Positions 9,318-18,489 are shown, counted from the stretch's first letter. The stretch is 64,000 nt of DNA from an uncultured Aliarcobacter sp. (GCA_963664305.2 CAXXLV010000002.1:1344001-1408000); one strand, 5' to 3'. Numbers and translations are program-made. Notes: generated from the letters alone by a model not told the origin.

Positions 9318-9334
9318 GTAGCATTAAAGTAGCA
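9318..9334 (-). promoter_or_regulatory. Direct-repeat operator TGCTAC-N5-TGCTAC upstream of soxC
   Basis: Plus strand GTAGCA-TTAAA-GTAGCA, 11-bp period; matches boxes at 51085 and 55988. Confidence 0.5.
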
Positions 9335-9422
9335 CGGATAATTGGGCATTATAGGATATATTTGTTTTAGTTATAATAGGATATTTTTATGAATAATCAT
9401 TCATAAAAATATCATTTTTTTA

Positions 9423-10589
9423 TTAAATAATTTTAGTTTTTATATCAAAAAATTTATACAATTTTCTAATAAATATCATCAAAAATAATCCATCAATCAT
9501 ACTTGCAATTATAAAAGAAAAATATTCAGATTGAGTGATTAAACCGTAGTTAAATGAAAGCATTGCAATTGCTACCATAAAGGTTAAAGGCATAGAATCA
9601 CTTAGAGCAAAAAGTGTAGTTTGTTTAAATTTTAGATACTTAAAAAAAGACAAATATGAGCTAATAAGTCTTATCATAATAATTGCACACATAATAAAAA
9701 TTGCATGTTTTAAAATATCTAAAGTTATCATATCAAGCTTTACAGTTGAACCTGTATAAATAAAAAAAATGGGAACGAAAAAACCAAAACCAAAAGATTC
9801 AATTTTTTCAAGAAGTTCATGTTTTTGATTAAAAAACATTTTAAAAAATAGACCTGCCGCAAAAGCTCCTAATACAACATCTATTTTTAACACAAGCATA
9901 ATTGCTACCAAAATTAATAAACTTGAAATTGAAAAACGAATATCTTGATTGTATCTATCATGTTGTGAATCAGGAATTAAAAAGTTTCTTAATTCGGGAA
10001 ACCACCAAAATAAAAGATAAGAAATTCTTAAACCTAAAATACTAACTATAATTACACTAAATATTGTAAGAAGAGAAAGAAAAAATTGAATATTAAAACC
10101 ATACTCAATCCAACCACTAAATAAAGTAAGAGCTAAAATACTTATAACTTCACCAACAACACCAATTGATAAAGCAAGATTTAACCAAGGTTCATCTTTT
10201 CCGTACTCTTTTATAAGCATCATAATCATACCTAAAGAGAAAATTGGTAAAGCAACAAAATATGTAATACCTAAATTAAAAATCCAACAAACAAGACCTG
10301 AAATTGTATATAAAAATATAAAATATAAAATCACATTAACTGCAAGAGTTGCTTTTATGATTTTTACAAGTTTTAGATTTATTTCAAGACCTGCTAAAAA
10401 CATCAAATAAACAAAGCCAAATTTTGCAACAAGTTTTAAGGTTTCATCATCATATAATAAGCCTAAATATCCAGCAAATAGACCTAAAAATATCTCAACT
10501 ACAACTACAGGTGTTCTAGTTAATTTAGAGACTCCGGGAGAAATCATAATTATAGTACATACAGTTATGATTAAAAAAAATTTTTCCAT
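9423..10589 (-). CDS. Cation:proton antiporter (CPA2/NapA-like)
   Basis: About 12 hydrophobic segments; 'LMFLAGLEI', 'LGAFAAG' and 'GFFVPIFFIYTG' motifs. Confidence 0.85.
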   Translation of the reverse strand: MEKFFLIITVCTIIMISPGVSKLTRTPVVVVEIFLGLFAGYLGLLYDDETLKLVAKFGFVYLMFLAGLEINLKLVKIIKATLAVNVILYFIFLYTISGLVCWIFNLGITYFVALPIFSLGMIMMLIKEYGKDEPWLNLALSIGVVGEVISILALTLFSGWIEYGFNIQFFLSLLTIFSVIIVSILGLRISYLLFWWFPELRNFLIPDSQHDRYNQDIRFSISSLLILVAIMLVLKIDVVLGAFAAGLFFKMFFNQKHELLEKIESFGFGFFVPIFFIYTGSTVKLDMITLDILKHAIFIMCAIIMIRLISSYLSFFKYLKFKQTTLFALSDSMPLTFMVAIAMLSFNYGLITQSEYFSFIIASMIDGLFLMIFIRKLYKFFDIKTKII

Positions 10590-10633
10590 TTTATTTCCAA
10601 TGTAAATCTAATAAAACGGAGTATTTTATAACA

Positions 10634-12694
10634 TTACTCTTGAATTTGAGATTCTTCGTCGTCTTTTATTTGCATACCTGCTTCTTTTAGAAATGGACTA
10701 GCTACAAATGTAAGTTTTTTTATCTTGTCATACTTTGCATATGAAAGATATAAGATATCTTTTGCCCTTGTAACTGCAACGTAAAAAAGACGTCTTTCTT
10801 CTTCAATACTTCCACCTTTACTCATAAGTTTTCGATTTGGGAATCTTCCATCCATTAAATCTATTACATAAACTTCTTTGAACTCCAAACCTTTACTTGC
10901 ATGAATTGAAAGTAGATTTACTCCATCACCTTCACTCATCTCACTTCCACCTAAAATCATAGAGTTAATGAATTTTGAAAGGTCGTTAAAATTTCTTGAT
11001 AAATTCTTTAAAAGCATACCTTTTCTATTTATTTTCGCTAATGCTTTTGTTTTTTGCATTGGATTTATAGTTCCATCTTTTTGTGTTGCTCTTTTTGTAG
11101 ATAAAAAATCTTTTAACTTAGAATAAGCCATAGAAGATATGATATTTCCAACTAATGTTTCTGGATTTTTTGTTCTTCTTAAATGTTTCATCAACAAATA
11201 TATATCATAAAGATATTTTCCACCATCAACATTTAATTTTGGATGTTTTAGTATAGGATTTCCTAAAAATGCCTCTTCAAAATTACAATCTTTAAATTTT
11301 GAAACAGAACCTAACTCTATAAAATCATCAAAAAGCCCTAACTGCTGATTTTTCATTCTTCCTGTTTCATAAGGATTGTTCATGTCACTTCTTGGTTGAA
11401 ATAAACCTCTTAAAATATCTCCATCACCAAGTCTAATCAAAGCATCAAATACATCTTTTGCTATTGCTTTTCCAATACCTTTTCCATGTTCAACAACATG
11501 GATAAAAGCCATCATATCATTGTGAGAAAGTTGCATAACTAAAATATCAAGTATAAATTTCACTTCCACAGAATCAAAAAAGCTCATTCCACCTTTTCGT
11601 TTAGCAGGAATTGAGAACTCCCTCAAATTTGCTTCTATACCATCTGCACTTGAATTATTTCTATAAATAATTGCAATTTCACTGTGTGGAGTTTCACTTT
11701 TTGAAATTAATTGTGAGATATATTCATATTGAGAAAAAAGCTCATTAAAAGCCAATAATTTTGGTTTATGTTCATCTTGTGTTCTTACAACTTCAAGTTT
11801 TTTTTCATAAACCCTTTCATTAAATTCAATAACTTTTGTTGCCAAATCTAAAATTGGTTTTGTTGAACGATAATTTTTTCTAAGTGTAAATACTTTTGCA
11901 TTTTCATATCTTTTTGCAAAAGTTGAAATAATTCCAATATCTGAACCATTAAAAGCATAAATACTTTGGTCATAATCACCTACACAAAAAAGTGATTTTG
12001 GTCTAAATCCATCAAGTAATCTTCCTTGTAATGGATTTGTATCTTGATATTCATCTACTAAAATTTCTTTAAAATCAAACTCTTTCTCTTTTAAAGTTTC
12101 AAGCATAATTGTTAATAAATCATCAAAATTTGCATAACCATATTTTGTTTTTAATTCATGAAATTCAGCAACTACATCTTCATAAATTAAAGTATAAATT
12201 TCATGACTTGCATTTTTTGATTTTATCCATGAAGCAAAATCTTCTCCATCATTTGAATTTAGATATAAAGAATACATATCATATAAATATCCACCGTCAT
12301 ATGGATTAGCTTCATCATCTCTTTCCATAAAAACTCTTTTTTCATAAATAGATTTAAAAAGTGTTTTTAATTCATTTGGCTGTTTCAAAGTGATATTTAC
12401 ATTTAATTCTTTTAATAATTTGTATGAAACAGAATGAAAAGTTCCTGCCATAATCTGTTTTGCGATATCTTTTCCAAAAAATTTAGCAACCCTTGCTACC
12501 ATTTCAGCAGCTGCTTTATTTGTAAAAGTTAAAAGTAAAATTTGATTTGGTTTAACGCCATTATTTATTAAGTTTGCAATTCGTCCAACTATTGTAGAAG
12601 TTTTTCCTGTTCCAGCACTTGCAATAATAAGGTTAAAACCATAGGGACAAGTTGCCGCTTCTAGTTGTTCTTGATTTAGATTTGATAAAGGCAT
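10634..12694 (-). CDS. UvrD/Rep-family ATP-dependent DNA helicase
   Basis: ASAGTGKT, LTFTNKAA, VDEYQD, VGDYDQSIYAF, NYRS, HASKGLEF and EERRLFYVAVTRAK motifs. Confidence 0.93.
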   Translation of the reverse strand: MPLSNLNQEQLEAATCPYGFNLIIASAGTGKTSTIVGRIANLINNGVKPNQILLLTFTNKAAAEMVARVAKFFGKDIAKQIMAGTFHSVSYKLLKELNVNITLKQPNELKTLFKSIYEKRVFMERDDEANPYDGGYLYDMYSLYLNSNDGEDFASWIKSKNASHEIYTLIYEDVVAEFHELKTKYGYANFDDLLTIMLETLKEKEFDFKEILVDEYQDTNPLQGRLLDGFRPKSLFCVGDYDQSIYAFNGSDIGIISTFAKRYENAKVFTLRKNYRSTKPILDLATKVIEFNERVYEKKLEVVRTQDEHKPKLLAFNELFSQYEYISQLISKSETPHSEIAIIYRNNSSADGIEANLREFSIPAKRKGGMSFFDSVEVKFILDILVMQLSHNDMMAFIHVVEHGKGIGKAIAKDVFDALIRLGDGDILRGLFQPRSDMNNPYETGRMKNQQLGLFDDFIELGSVSKFKDCNFEEAFLGNPILKHPKLNVDGGKYLYDIYLLMKHLRRTKNPETLVGNIISSMAYSKLKDFLSTKRATQKDGTINPMQKTKALAKINRKGMLLKNLSRNFNDLSKFINSMILGGSEMSEGDGVNLLSIHASKGLEFKEVYVIDLMDGRFPNRKLMSKGGSIEEERRLFYVAVTRAKDILYLSYAKYDKIKKLTFVASPFLKEAGMQIKDDEESQIQE

Positions 12695-12773
12695 TGGATT
12701 TAGTTATTTGTATTTTTTAAAAGTGTAATCATTTCGAAATAGTATCATAAAAGATTTAAGAAAGATTGAAAAT

Positions 12774-12893
12774 AAAAAAGGATGCCCAGGGGAGGCATCC
12801 TTCTTTACACAAGGAAACATAAAAAATTATCTATTTAAGAAATCTTATCTTAAAAATATTCTTATAAATAAGCCGCTGCGTCAACTTATCTAT
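12774..12893 (-). ncRNA. Putative ~120-nt structured small RNA
   Basis: TATAAT at 12900-12905 (minus), three hairpins, then a GC-rich terminator GGATGCCT-CCCCT-GGGCATCC-UUUUUU; G-U pairs form only on the minus strand. Confidence 0.6.
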
Positions 12894-12899
12894 AAAGAA

Positions 12900-12954
12900 A
12901 TTATAATCACTCATCATTAACTAAAATCTAATCGAAAATTAACAAAGAGTTAAC
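12900..12954 (-). promoter_or_regulatory. Promoter of the putative sRNA: -10 TATAAT plus four 11-bp-phased GTTAAY-like boxes
   Basis: Minus strand GTTAAC-N5-GTTAAT-N5-ATTAGA-N5-GTTAAT-N10-TATAAT. Confidence 0.55.
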
Positions 12955-12971
12955 TTGACTATAATTTGCAA

Positions 12972-14861
12972 TTAAATCACATAATTGTTTTTAAAACTTA
13001 ACTCGATATTATCACCTATTGCTTTATTTCTTCCATTTTCTTTTGCTATATATAGGTAATTATCAGCTCTTTCTATAACTTGTTCTATTTTTTTATCTTC
13101 TTTTTGTATTTGAGTAAAACCAATACAACAAGTTTTACGATTTACATATTTAAACTTGAGATTTTCTACATTATCTTTTATTTTTAATGCTAAAGTTTTC
13201 ATCGCTTCAATATTTGTATTTGGAGCTATAATAATAAACTCTTCACCACCCCATCTACCAACCAAATCACTTTTTCTTGTACTATCTTTTAATATATTTG
13301 AAAATTCAACTAATAAATTATCTCCAACATTATGTCCAAATTTATCATTTACAGCTTTGAAAAAGTCTATATCTAAAATCATAATTGATACTTCTTCATT
13401 GTATCTACTTACATTATACATAGCTTTTTCTAACTCTTCATTTATTCTATTTCTATTTGCTAAATTTGTTAAACTATCTGTTTTAGCTAATTTCTCTATT
13501 AATTTTTTATCACTTATATTATAAGAAAAAGAAACATATTCATAAGAATCATTTTTTAGATTCTTTTTAGGTGTTATTTTCATATTTATCCAATATGTTT
13601 GACCATTCTTTTTCTTATTTTCTAATTCACCTTCCCAAACTTTTCCATCTTTTATTGTTTTCCATAAACTATTGTAAGTCTCTTTTTGTATATTATCACT
13701 TTTTAATTTACTGTGAGTAAATCCAATTAATTCATCTTTTTCATAACCTGTTAAGTCACAAAAAGCATCATTTACATAAATTATTATTCCTTTTTCATTT
13801 GTAATTGATATTGGAATATATCTATTTGTGATTTTAGTATTTTCTTTAATTTTTAATAAACTATCTTCTAATTTGCTTCTAATTCTACTTGGATAAACTG
13901 CTAAAATAAGTCCTAAAATAAGAACAAAAGGAATAATTATAGAAATTAACAATGTATTTGAATTGCCTAAAATTTCTGTTAAATATTTTTCATCTAGAAA
14001 AAATATCAACTTTAAATCTTGATTATTATTTGCAACTGTTTCCAAAGAATAACTATATAAAAAGTCTTTGTTATATTCATCATTTTTAGAAATTGCTTCA
14101 AAATCAAAGTTTCTAAATTCATTCTTAAAATTAAAATTTGTTTTTAAATCTTTTGACCATCTTTTTGAAGATTCAGGATGAAACAGATAATTCCCATCTT
14201 TATCTATCAAATAAACTTTTAAATGTCCAAACTCTTCTAAACTTTGAATAAATGATTTTAAATTTAGATTTAATACTAATAATCCTCTTTTTTCACCATT
14301 ATTACTAAAAACAGATTTTATGATACGAATTGTAGGATAATAAGGAATTTGTATTTTTCCAAATTCACTATTTAGATTTAATTCACTTATAAAAAAATCA
14401 TTAACAGTCATTTTTAAAGCATCTGCCATATATTTACTATTTTTTTTATTTTGTAATTGCTCAATTTTTAAAATTTCTGGTTTCTGATTTGTATAATATT
14501 TTTGGACTCTAATTAATTCATTTCCATCTAAATCAATAAATCTTAATTGAAGAATTTCATCTTTTGAAGAAGCATAATTATAAAAAAGTGTTTCTACAGA
14601 ATCTTTATACTTTGAATCTTCTATAAAATTTATAAATATTTTTTCCTCTAAAATATTATCAATATTTCTTTTACCCTCGTCTATTATTTTTGATAAATAT
14701 TTATTTTCAAATTTATAACTATTTTTTGTTGAGTTGTATTCATGTTCTTTTAGTTCAAATCTTAATATATTACTATTTACAACATAAATCACAGAAACAA
14801 TTAAAAATCCAAAAATAAGAAAAAGTAGAAAGAATTGAATATATAAACTTCTAAATGTCAC
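12972..14861 (-). CDS. Membrane-bound diguanylate cyclase (Cache-like sensor, PAS, GGDEF)
   Basis: Two TM segments around a periplasmic domain; PAS 'YVNDAFCDLTGY...WEGELENKKKNG'; 'DIDFFKAVNDKFGH' and 'GRWGGEEF'. Confidence 0.9.
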   Translation of the reverse strand: MTFRSLYIQFFLLFLIFGFLIVSVIYVVNSNILRFELKEHEYNSTKNSYKFENKYLSKIIDEGKRNIDNILEEKIFINFIEDSKYKDSVETLFYNYASSKDEILQLRFIDLDGNELIRVQKYYTNQKPEILKIEQLQNKKNSKYMADALKMTVNDFFISELNLNSEFGKIQIPYYPTIRIIKSVFSNNGEKRGLLVLNLNLKSFIQSLEEFGHLKVYLIDKDGNYLFHPESSKRWSKDLKTNFNFKNEFRNFDFEAISKNDEYNKDFLYSYSLETVANNNQDLKLIFFLDEKYLTEILGNSNTLLISIIIPFVLILGLILAVYPSRIRSKLEDSLLKIKENTKITNRYIPISITNEKGIIIYVNDAFCDLTGYEKDELIGFTHSKLKSDNIQKETYNSLWKTIKDGKVWEGELENKKKNGQTYWINMKITPKKNLKNDSYEYVSFSYNISDKKLIEKLAKTDSLTNLANRNRINEELEKAMYNVSRYNEEVSIMILDIDFFKAVNDKFGHNVGDNLLVEFSNILKDSTRKSDLVGRWGGEEFIIIAPNTNIEAMKTLALKIKDNVENLKFKYVNRKTCCIGFTQIQKEDKKIEQVIERADNYLYIAKENGRNKAIGDNIELSFKNNYVI

Positions 14862-14908
14862 CTAATAACCTCAATTGTAAAGCTTTATGTATGATTACAT
14901 TTATTAAC

Positions 14909-15463
14909 TTAATTATTTATATTTTTTACTATTTGTTGAACTAATTTATAATATCCAATTATCAAAATCATAACTAAATATAAATATTGAGAAATATTTA
15001 CAGATTTTTGAGCCATAATCCAATGAATTGTAATAAGTATTAAAGCTAAATATATAAATTTATGATATTTGTTATATTTTCTAAAAAGTTGTTTTGTTGA
15101 AGTTATTGCCATAAATAAAACTATAAAAAAAGCAATCATTCCAAGATAAATAAATGGTTTTTCTAAAGTCTCTTTTAAAATAAACTCTAAATCAAAAGAA
15201 GCATCTAAAACTATAAAGTTCAGAAGATGTAATAAAGCATAAAAAAATCCTAAAAGTCCTACTTCTTTTCTATATTTTATTAAATTTATTTTCTCTTTTA
15301 TTAGTGAAATAGATATTGTAAAAAATAGTATTACAGTTGCTGTTCCACCAGTTATTGTATAGATATATTTTATTGGGTCATTTACATTATCAAATATAAA
15401 TAACCTAATATTTAAATAAACAAGAGGAGCTAAACTTAATAAATATATAAAAAATCGTACCAT
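14909..15463 (-). CDS. msrQ: Methionine sulfoxide reductase haem-binding membrane subunit MsrQ
   Basis: Ferric-reductase-like TM protein ('GLLGFFYALLH', 'AITS', 'YHKFIY', 'IHWI') translationally coupled to msrP. Confidence 0.9.
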   Translation of the reverse strand: MVRFFIYLLSLAPLVYLNIRLFIFDNVNDPIKYIYTITGGTATVILFFTISISLIKEKINLIKYRKEVGLLGFFYALLHLLNFIVLDASFDLEFILKETLEKPFIYLGMIAFFIVLFMAITSTKQLFRKYNKYHKFIYLALILITIHWIMAQKSVNISQYLYLVMILIIGYYKLVQQIVKNINN

Positions 15464-16422
15464 TAGAAATACTTTGTTAAATCCATATTTTTATACAAAC
15501 TTGCAACTTCATTTTCATAACCATTAAACATCAATGTATTTTGTTTTAAGAAACTTCCTAAAACTCGCTCTTTTTTTTGAGACCATCTTGGATGGTCAAC
15601 ATTTGGATTTACATTTGCATAAAATCCATACTCTTTTGGATTTTCTTTTTGCCAAGTATTAAGTGGTTCTTTTTCTACAAAAGAGATTTTTACTATTGAT
15701 TTTATAGATTTAAAACCATATTTCCATGGAACTACAAGTCTAATTGGGGCACCATTTTGTTTTGGCATAACATCTCCATATAAACCAATAGCTAAAAAAG
15801 ATAAATCATTCATAGCTTCATCTATTCGTAAACCTTCAACATATGGATAATCTAAAGTTGCAAATACACCTCTACTTTGGTCTGGAAAACTATCCTTATC
15901 AACTAAAGTCTCAAATCTTAAATATTTTGCATTTGAAAGTGGTTTTACTTTTTTTATTAAACTAGAAAGTGTAAATCCATTCCAAGGAACAACCATAGAC
16001 CAACCTTCAACACATCTAAATCTGTAAATTCTCTCTTCAATATCAAACATTTTTACTAAATCATCTAAATCAACTTCCATAGGATTTTCAACTAAACCAT
16101 CAATAGTTACTTTCCAATTTTCAGTCTTCAAAGTATGTGCCATGTCTTTAACATCTCTTTGATTTGTAGTAAATTCATAAAAATTATTGTGAGAAGTTAT
16201 TTGCTCGTATGTATTTAATTTTAGATTATTTATATTTTTATCTTTTATATAATTTAGAGTTTGTATAGGTAATTTTTCATTTGCTAAAAGTTCCATAATC
16301 GCTCCACTTGATACAAGTGTTGCAGCTCCAAGTTTTATAAAACTTCTTCTTTTTTCAAAAAACTCTTTTGGAGTTACTAAGTTTTCAGTTATCTGCCAAG
16401 ATTTTTTTCTAATAAGTTTCAT
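15463..16422 (-). CDS. msrP: Periplasmic methionine sulfoxide reductase catalytic subunit MsrP
   Basis: Tat KRRSFIK; NNFYEF, RFRCVEGWSM, QNGAPIRLVVPWKYGFKSIKSI, HPRWSQ. Confidence 0.97.
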   Translation of the reverse strand: MKLIRKKSWQITENLVTPKEFFEKRRSFIKLGAATLVSSGAIMELLANEKLPIQTLNYIKDKNINNLKLNTYEQITSHNNFYEFTTNQRDVKDMAHTLKTENWKVTIDGLVENPMEVDLDDLVKMFDIEERIYRFRCVEGWSMVVPWNGFTLSSLIKKVKPLSNAKYLRFETLVDKDSFPDQSRGVFATLDYPYVEGLRIDEAMNDLSFLAIGLYGDVMPKQNGAPIRLVVPWKYGFKSIKSIVKISFVEKEPLNTWQKENPKEYGFYANVNPNVDHPRWSQKKERVLGSFLKQNTLMFNGYENEVASLYKNMDLTKYF

Positions 16423-16478
16423 AACATATCCTTTATATTTCTAATCAAATTATAGAAATTTTCTGTAAAGGATATGTT
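16423..16478 (-). promoter_or_regulatory. msrP promoter (-10 TATAAT at 16449-16454) enclosed by a 13-bp inverted repeat covering the RBS
   Basis: AACATATCCTTTA (16423-16435) and TAAAGGATATGTT (16466-16478). Confidence 0.5.
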
Positions 16479-16491
16479 TAGAATAAATTTT

Positions 16492-17685
16492 CTATTTTCC
16501 TTTTATTAAAATAGTTACATATTTACTTGACCAAACAAGTAAAACTAAAATTAGTAAAATAGCTGTTAGATTTATAAAAAATGAATAATCTAAAGCAAAA
16601 TTTGAACAAATTGAAGAAAAAAGTCTTAATAACACAATAAATTGTAAAGCTATAAAAATTATAACTGTAAATTTATTTGCAACTATTCGATTTCCTGAAT
16701 GTCCTAAAATTACCCTAGTTCCAAAACCTATAAGTAAAGTCAAAAAATATCCCAAAGCAAAACTATGAACTACTATTTTTTCAAAATAAATACTAGAGTT
16801 ATAAATAGCAAAAAAGCTCTCAATAATTGATATGAAAAAGCCAATTACAATCCAAAATAGTCCTAAATATAATATCCAAAGAATTGCGTCAACTTTAAAT
16901 AAAGGAAGTTTCCATTTTATAAACTCTTTTGAAATTATAAAAAGTAATGGAATATCACTAATAAAATTAAATCTACTATCATCAAAAGATAAGATTATCA
17001 CTTTTAAAATAAGTAGATAAAAAACAATATTTAAAAATTTTAGACTTTTATATGCAACATGAGATGGGACTTTTGCCCTTGTAAAAAATGGAATCATTCT
17101 TTGAGAAATAGTCAAAAATATCATAAATAAAAATAGATAAAATCCTATATTTATTGAAATTTTTGATAAAAGATATGAATACTTAAAATCTATATTTGAA
17201 ACTATAAATAAAAGATGTGCAAAAAGTCCGATAAAAAAAGCTATTAAAATCCATTTTGTATCATTTTTTATTGGAACTAAACTTTTTTTATGAATTTCAT
17301 AAAGTAATTTAAAACAAAAAACTTGTGTAATTAAAAGTAAGATTTGAAATATAAAAGTGATTTTTGAATAAAAAATCAAACTTAATAAAATAAACAGTGA
17401 ATTAAAAAAATAACTTTGAAAAAGTTTCATATAAGTTGATTGATTTATCTCTTTTTCATTTAGAAATCTAGGAAAAACAACAAACAAAAATCCTAAAAAG
17501 AATTGTAAAAAAACGACATAAACCATAGTATAAGCATGATAAATTAAGATTGAAGTATCTAAATTTAAAATATTTGTATGAGATAAAACAAAAAGTATCA
17601 TAAAAAGAGTAAAAAACAAAATTCCACTTACAAAAAATGGTTGATGTGGTTGGGATGAAAATCTTTTATACCAAGAAAATAACAT
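16492..17685 (-). CDS. nnrS: NnrS family membrane protein
   Basis: About 12 TM segments; 'QPHQPFF', 'HAYTM', 'GFLFVVFPRF', 'RMIPFFT', 'HSFALG' and 'RVILGHSG' motifs. Confidence 0.88.
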   Translation of the reverse strand: MLFSWYKRFSSQPHQPFFVSGILFFTLFMILFVLSHTNILNLDTSILIYHAYTMVYVVFLQFFLGFLFVVFPRFLNEKEINQSTYMKLFQSYFFNSLFILLSLIFYSKITFIFQILLLITQVFCFKLLYEIHKKSLVPIKNDTKWILIAFFIGLFAHLLFIVSNIDFKYSYLLSKISINIGFYLFLFMIFLTISQRMIPFFTRAKVPSHVAYKSLKFLNIVFYLLILKVIILSFDDSRFNFISDIPLLFIISKEFIKWKLPLFKVDAILWILYLGLFWIVIGFFISIIESFFAIYNSSIYFEKIVVHSFALGYFLTLLIGFGTRVILGHSGNRIVANKFTVIIFIALQFIVLLRLFSSICSNFALDYSFFINLTAILLILVLLVWSSKYVTILIKGK

Positions 17686-17709
17686 AAAATCTCCTAAAAT
17701 TTTTAAGAG

Positions 17710-17751
17710 ATTTTAACTGTTATAAAAAAATAAAACCTTGATTCTAAACAA
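17710..17751 (-). promoter_or_regulatory. nnrS promoter with a Crp/Fnr(Nss)-type box centred about -41.5
   Basis: TTGAT-TCTA-AACAA at 17738-17751; -10 TAAAAT on the minus strand at 17710-17715. Confidence 0.55.
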
Positions 17752-17754
17752 GAG

Positions 17755-18489
17755 TTATTTTTTTAGATTTGAATAAGCCTCACATGCAACATCAAGATTC
17801 ATATCACAAGCTTTTTTAAATAGTTTTGCTGCTAATTCATTGTTTTTTGTAAAATACTCACCATCAAAATACATCACACCTAAATTATAACAAGCATTTG
17901 AATAACCTAAATCACAAGATTTTTGATAAAGATTTGCAGCTCTTAATGGATTTTTTTCGACTCCATCTTCATTTGTAAATCTAACTGCCAAGTTATAACA
18001 AGCTTTTGCATGATTCATACTACAAGCTTGAGTTAAATAATCAACAGTTTTAAATAAATCTTTTTCAACACCATCACCTACTTCATACATATTAGCAATG
18101 TTATAACAACCTGCACTTATTCCTGCTTTACAAGTTTTGTCATATAACTCTATTGCTTTTTGTGAATTAAGTAATGTTCCTTGTGCATTTTGATACATAT
18201 ATGCTAAATTATAACAAGCTCCAATATGGTCATTTTCACAAGCTTTTGAGAAATAATCAAATGCCTTTGAATAATTTTTTGCTATTTTATCACCCTTATA
18301 ATATAAAAGTCCAAGATTATAACAACCAGATGATGCACCTTCATTACAACTATTTTGAAAAATATTTGCTGCTTCAAGAATATTTCCTTTTTTTAATTCT
18401 TCAAAACCATCATTTACAACTGATGCTGCATTTAACATTTGAAAACCTAAAAATGAAAACAATAAGATTTTAACTAGATTTTTAAGCAT
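17755..18489 (-). CDS. Exported cysteine-rich Sel1-like repeat protein (Hcp family)
   Basis: Signal peptide; about six repeats of (A/S)C-x7-CYNL-x2-Y-x2-G-x-G. Confidence 0.88.
   Translation of the reverse strand: MLKNLVKILLFSFLGFQMLNAASVVNDGFEELKKGNILEAANIFQNSCNEGASSGCYNLGLLYYKGDKIAKNYSKAFDYFSKACENDHIGACYNLAYMYQNAQGTLLNSQKAIELYDKTCKAGISAGCYNIANMYEVGDGVEKDLFKTVDYLTQACSMNHAKACYNLAVRFTNEDGVEKNPLRAANLYQKSCDLGYSNACYNLGVMYFDGEYFTKNNELAAKLFKKACDMNLDVACEAYSNLKK

Noticed and set aside
12704..12820. 38-codon minus-strand ORF (MFPCVKKDASPGHP...) in the sRNA region
   Set aside because: No RBS (preceded by a U-run) and it crosses a strong terminator; the RNA-structure reading fits better
12774..12893. 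Possible c-di-GMP riboswitch, given the adjacent diguanylate cyclase
   Set aside because: No GEMM-type motifs recognised, and the downstream helicase appears to have its own promoter
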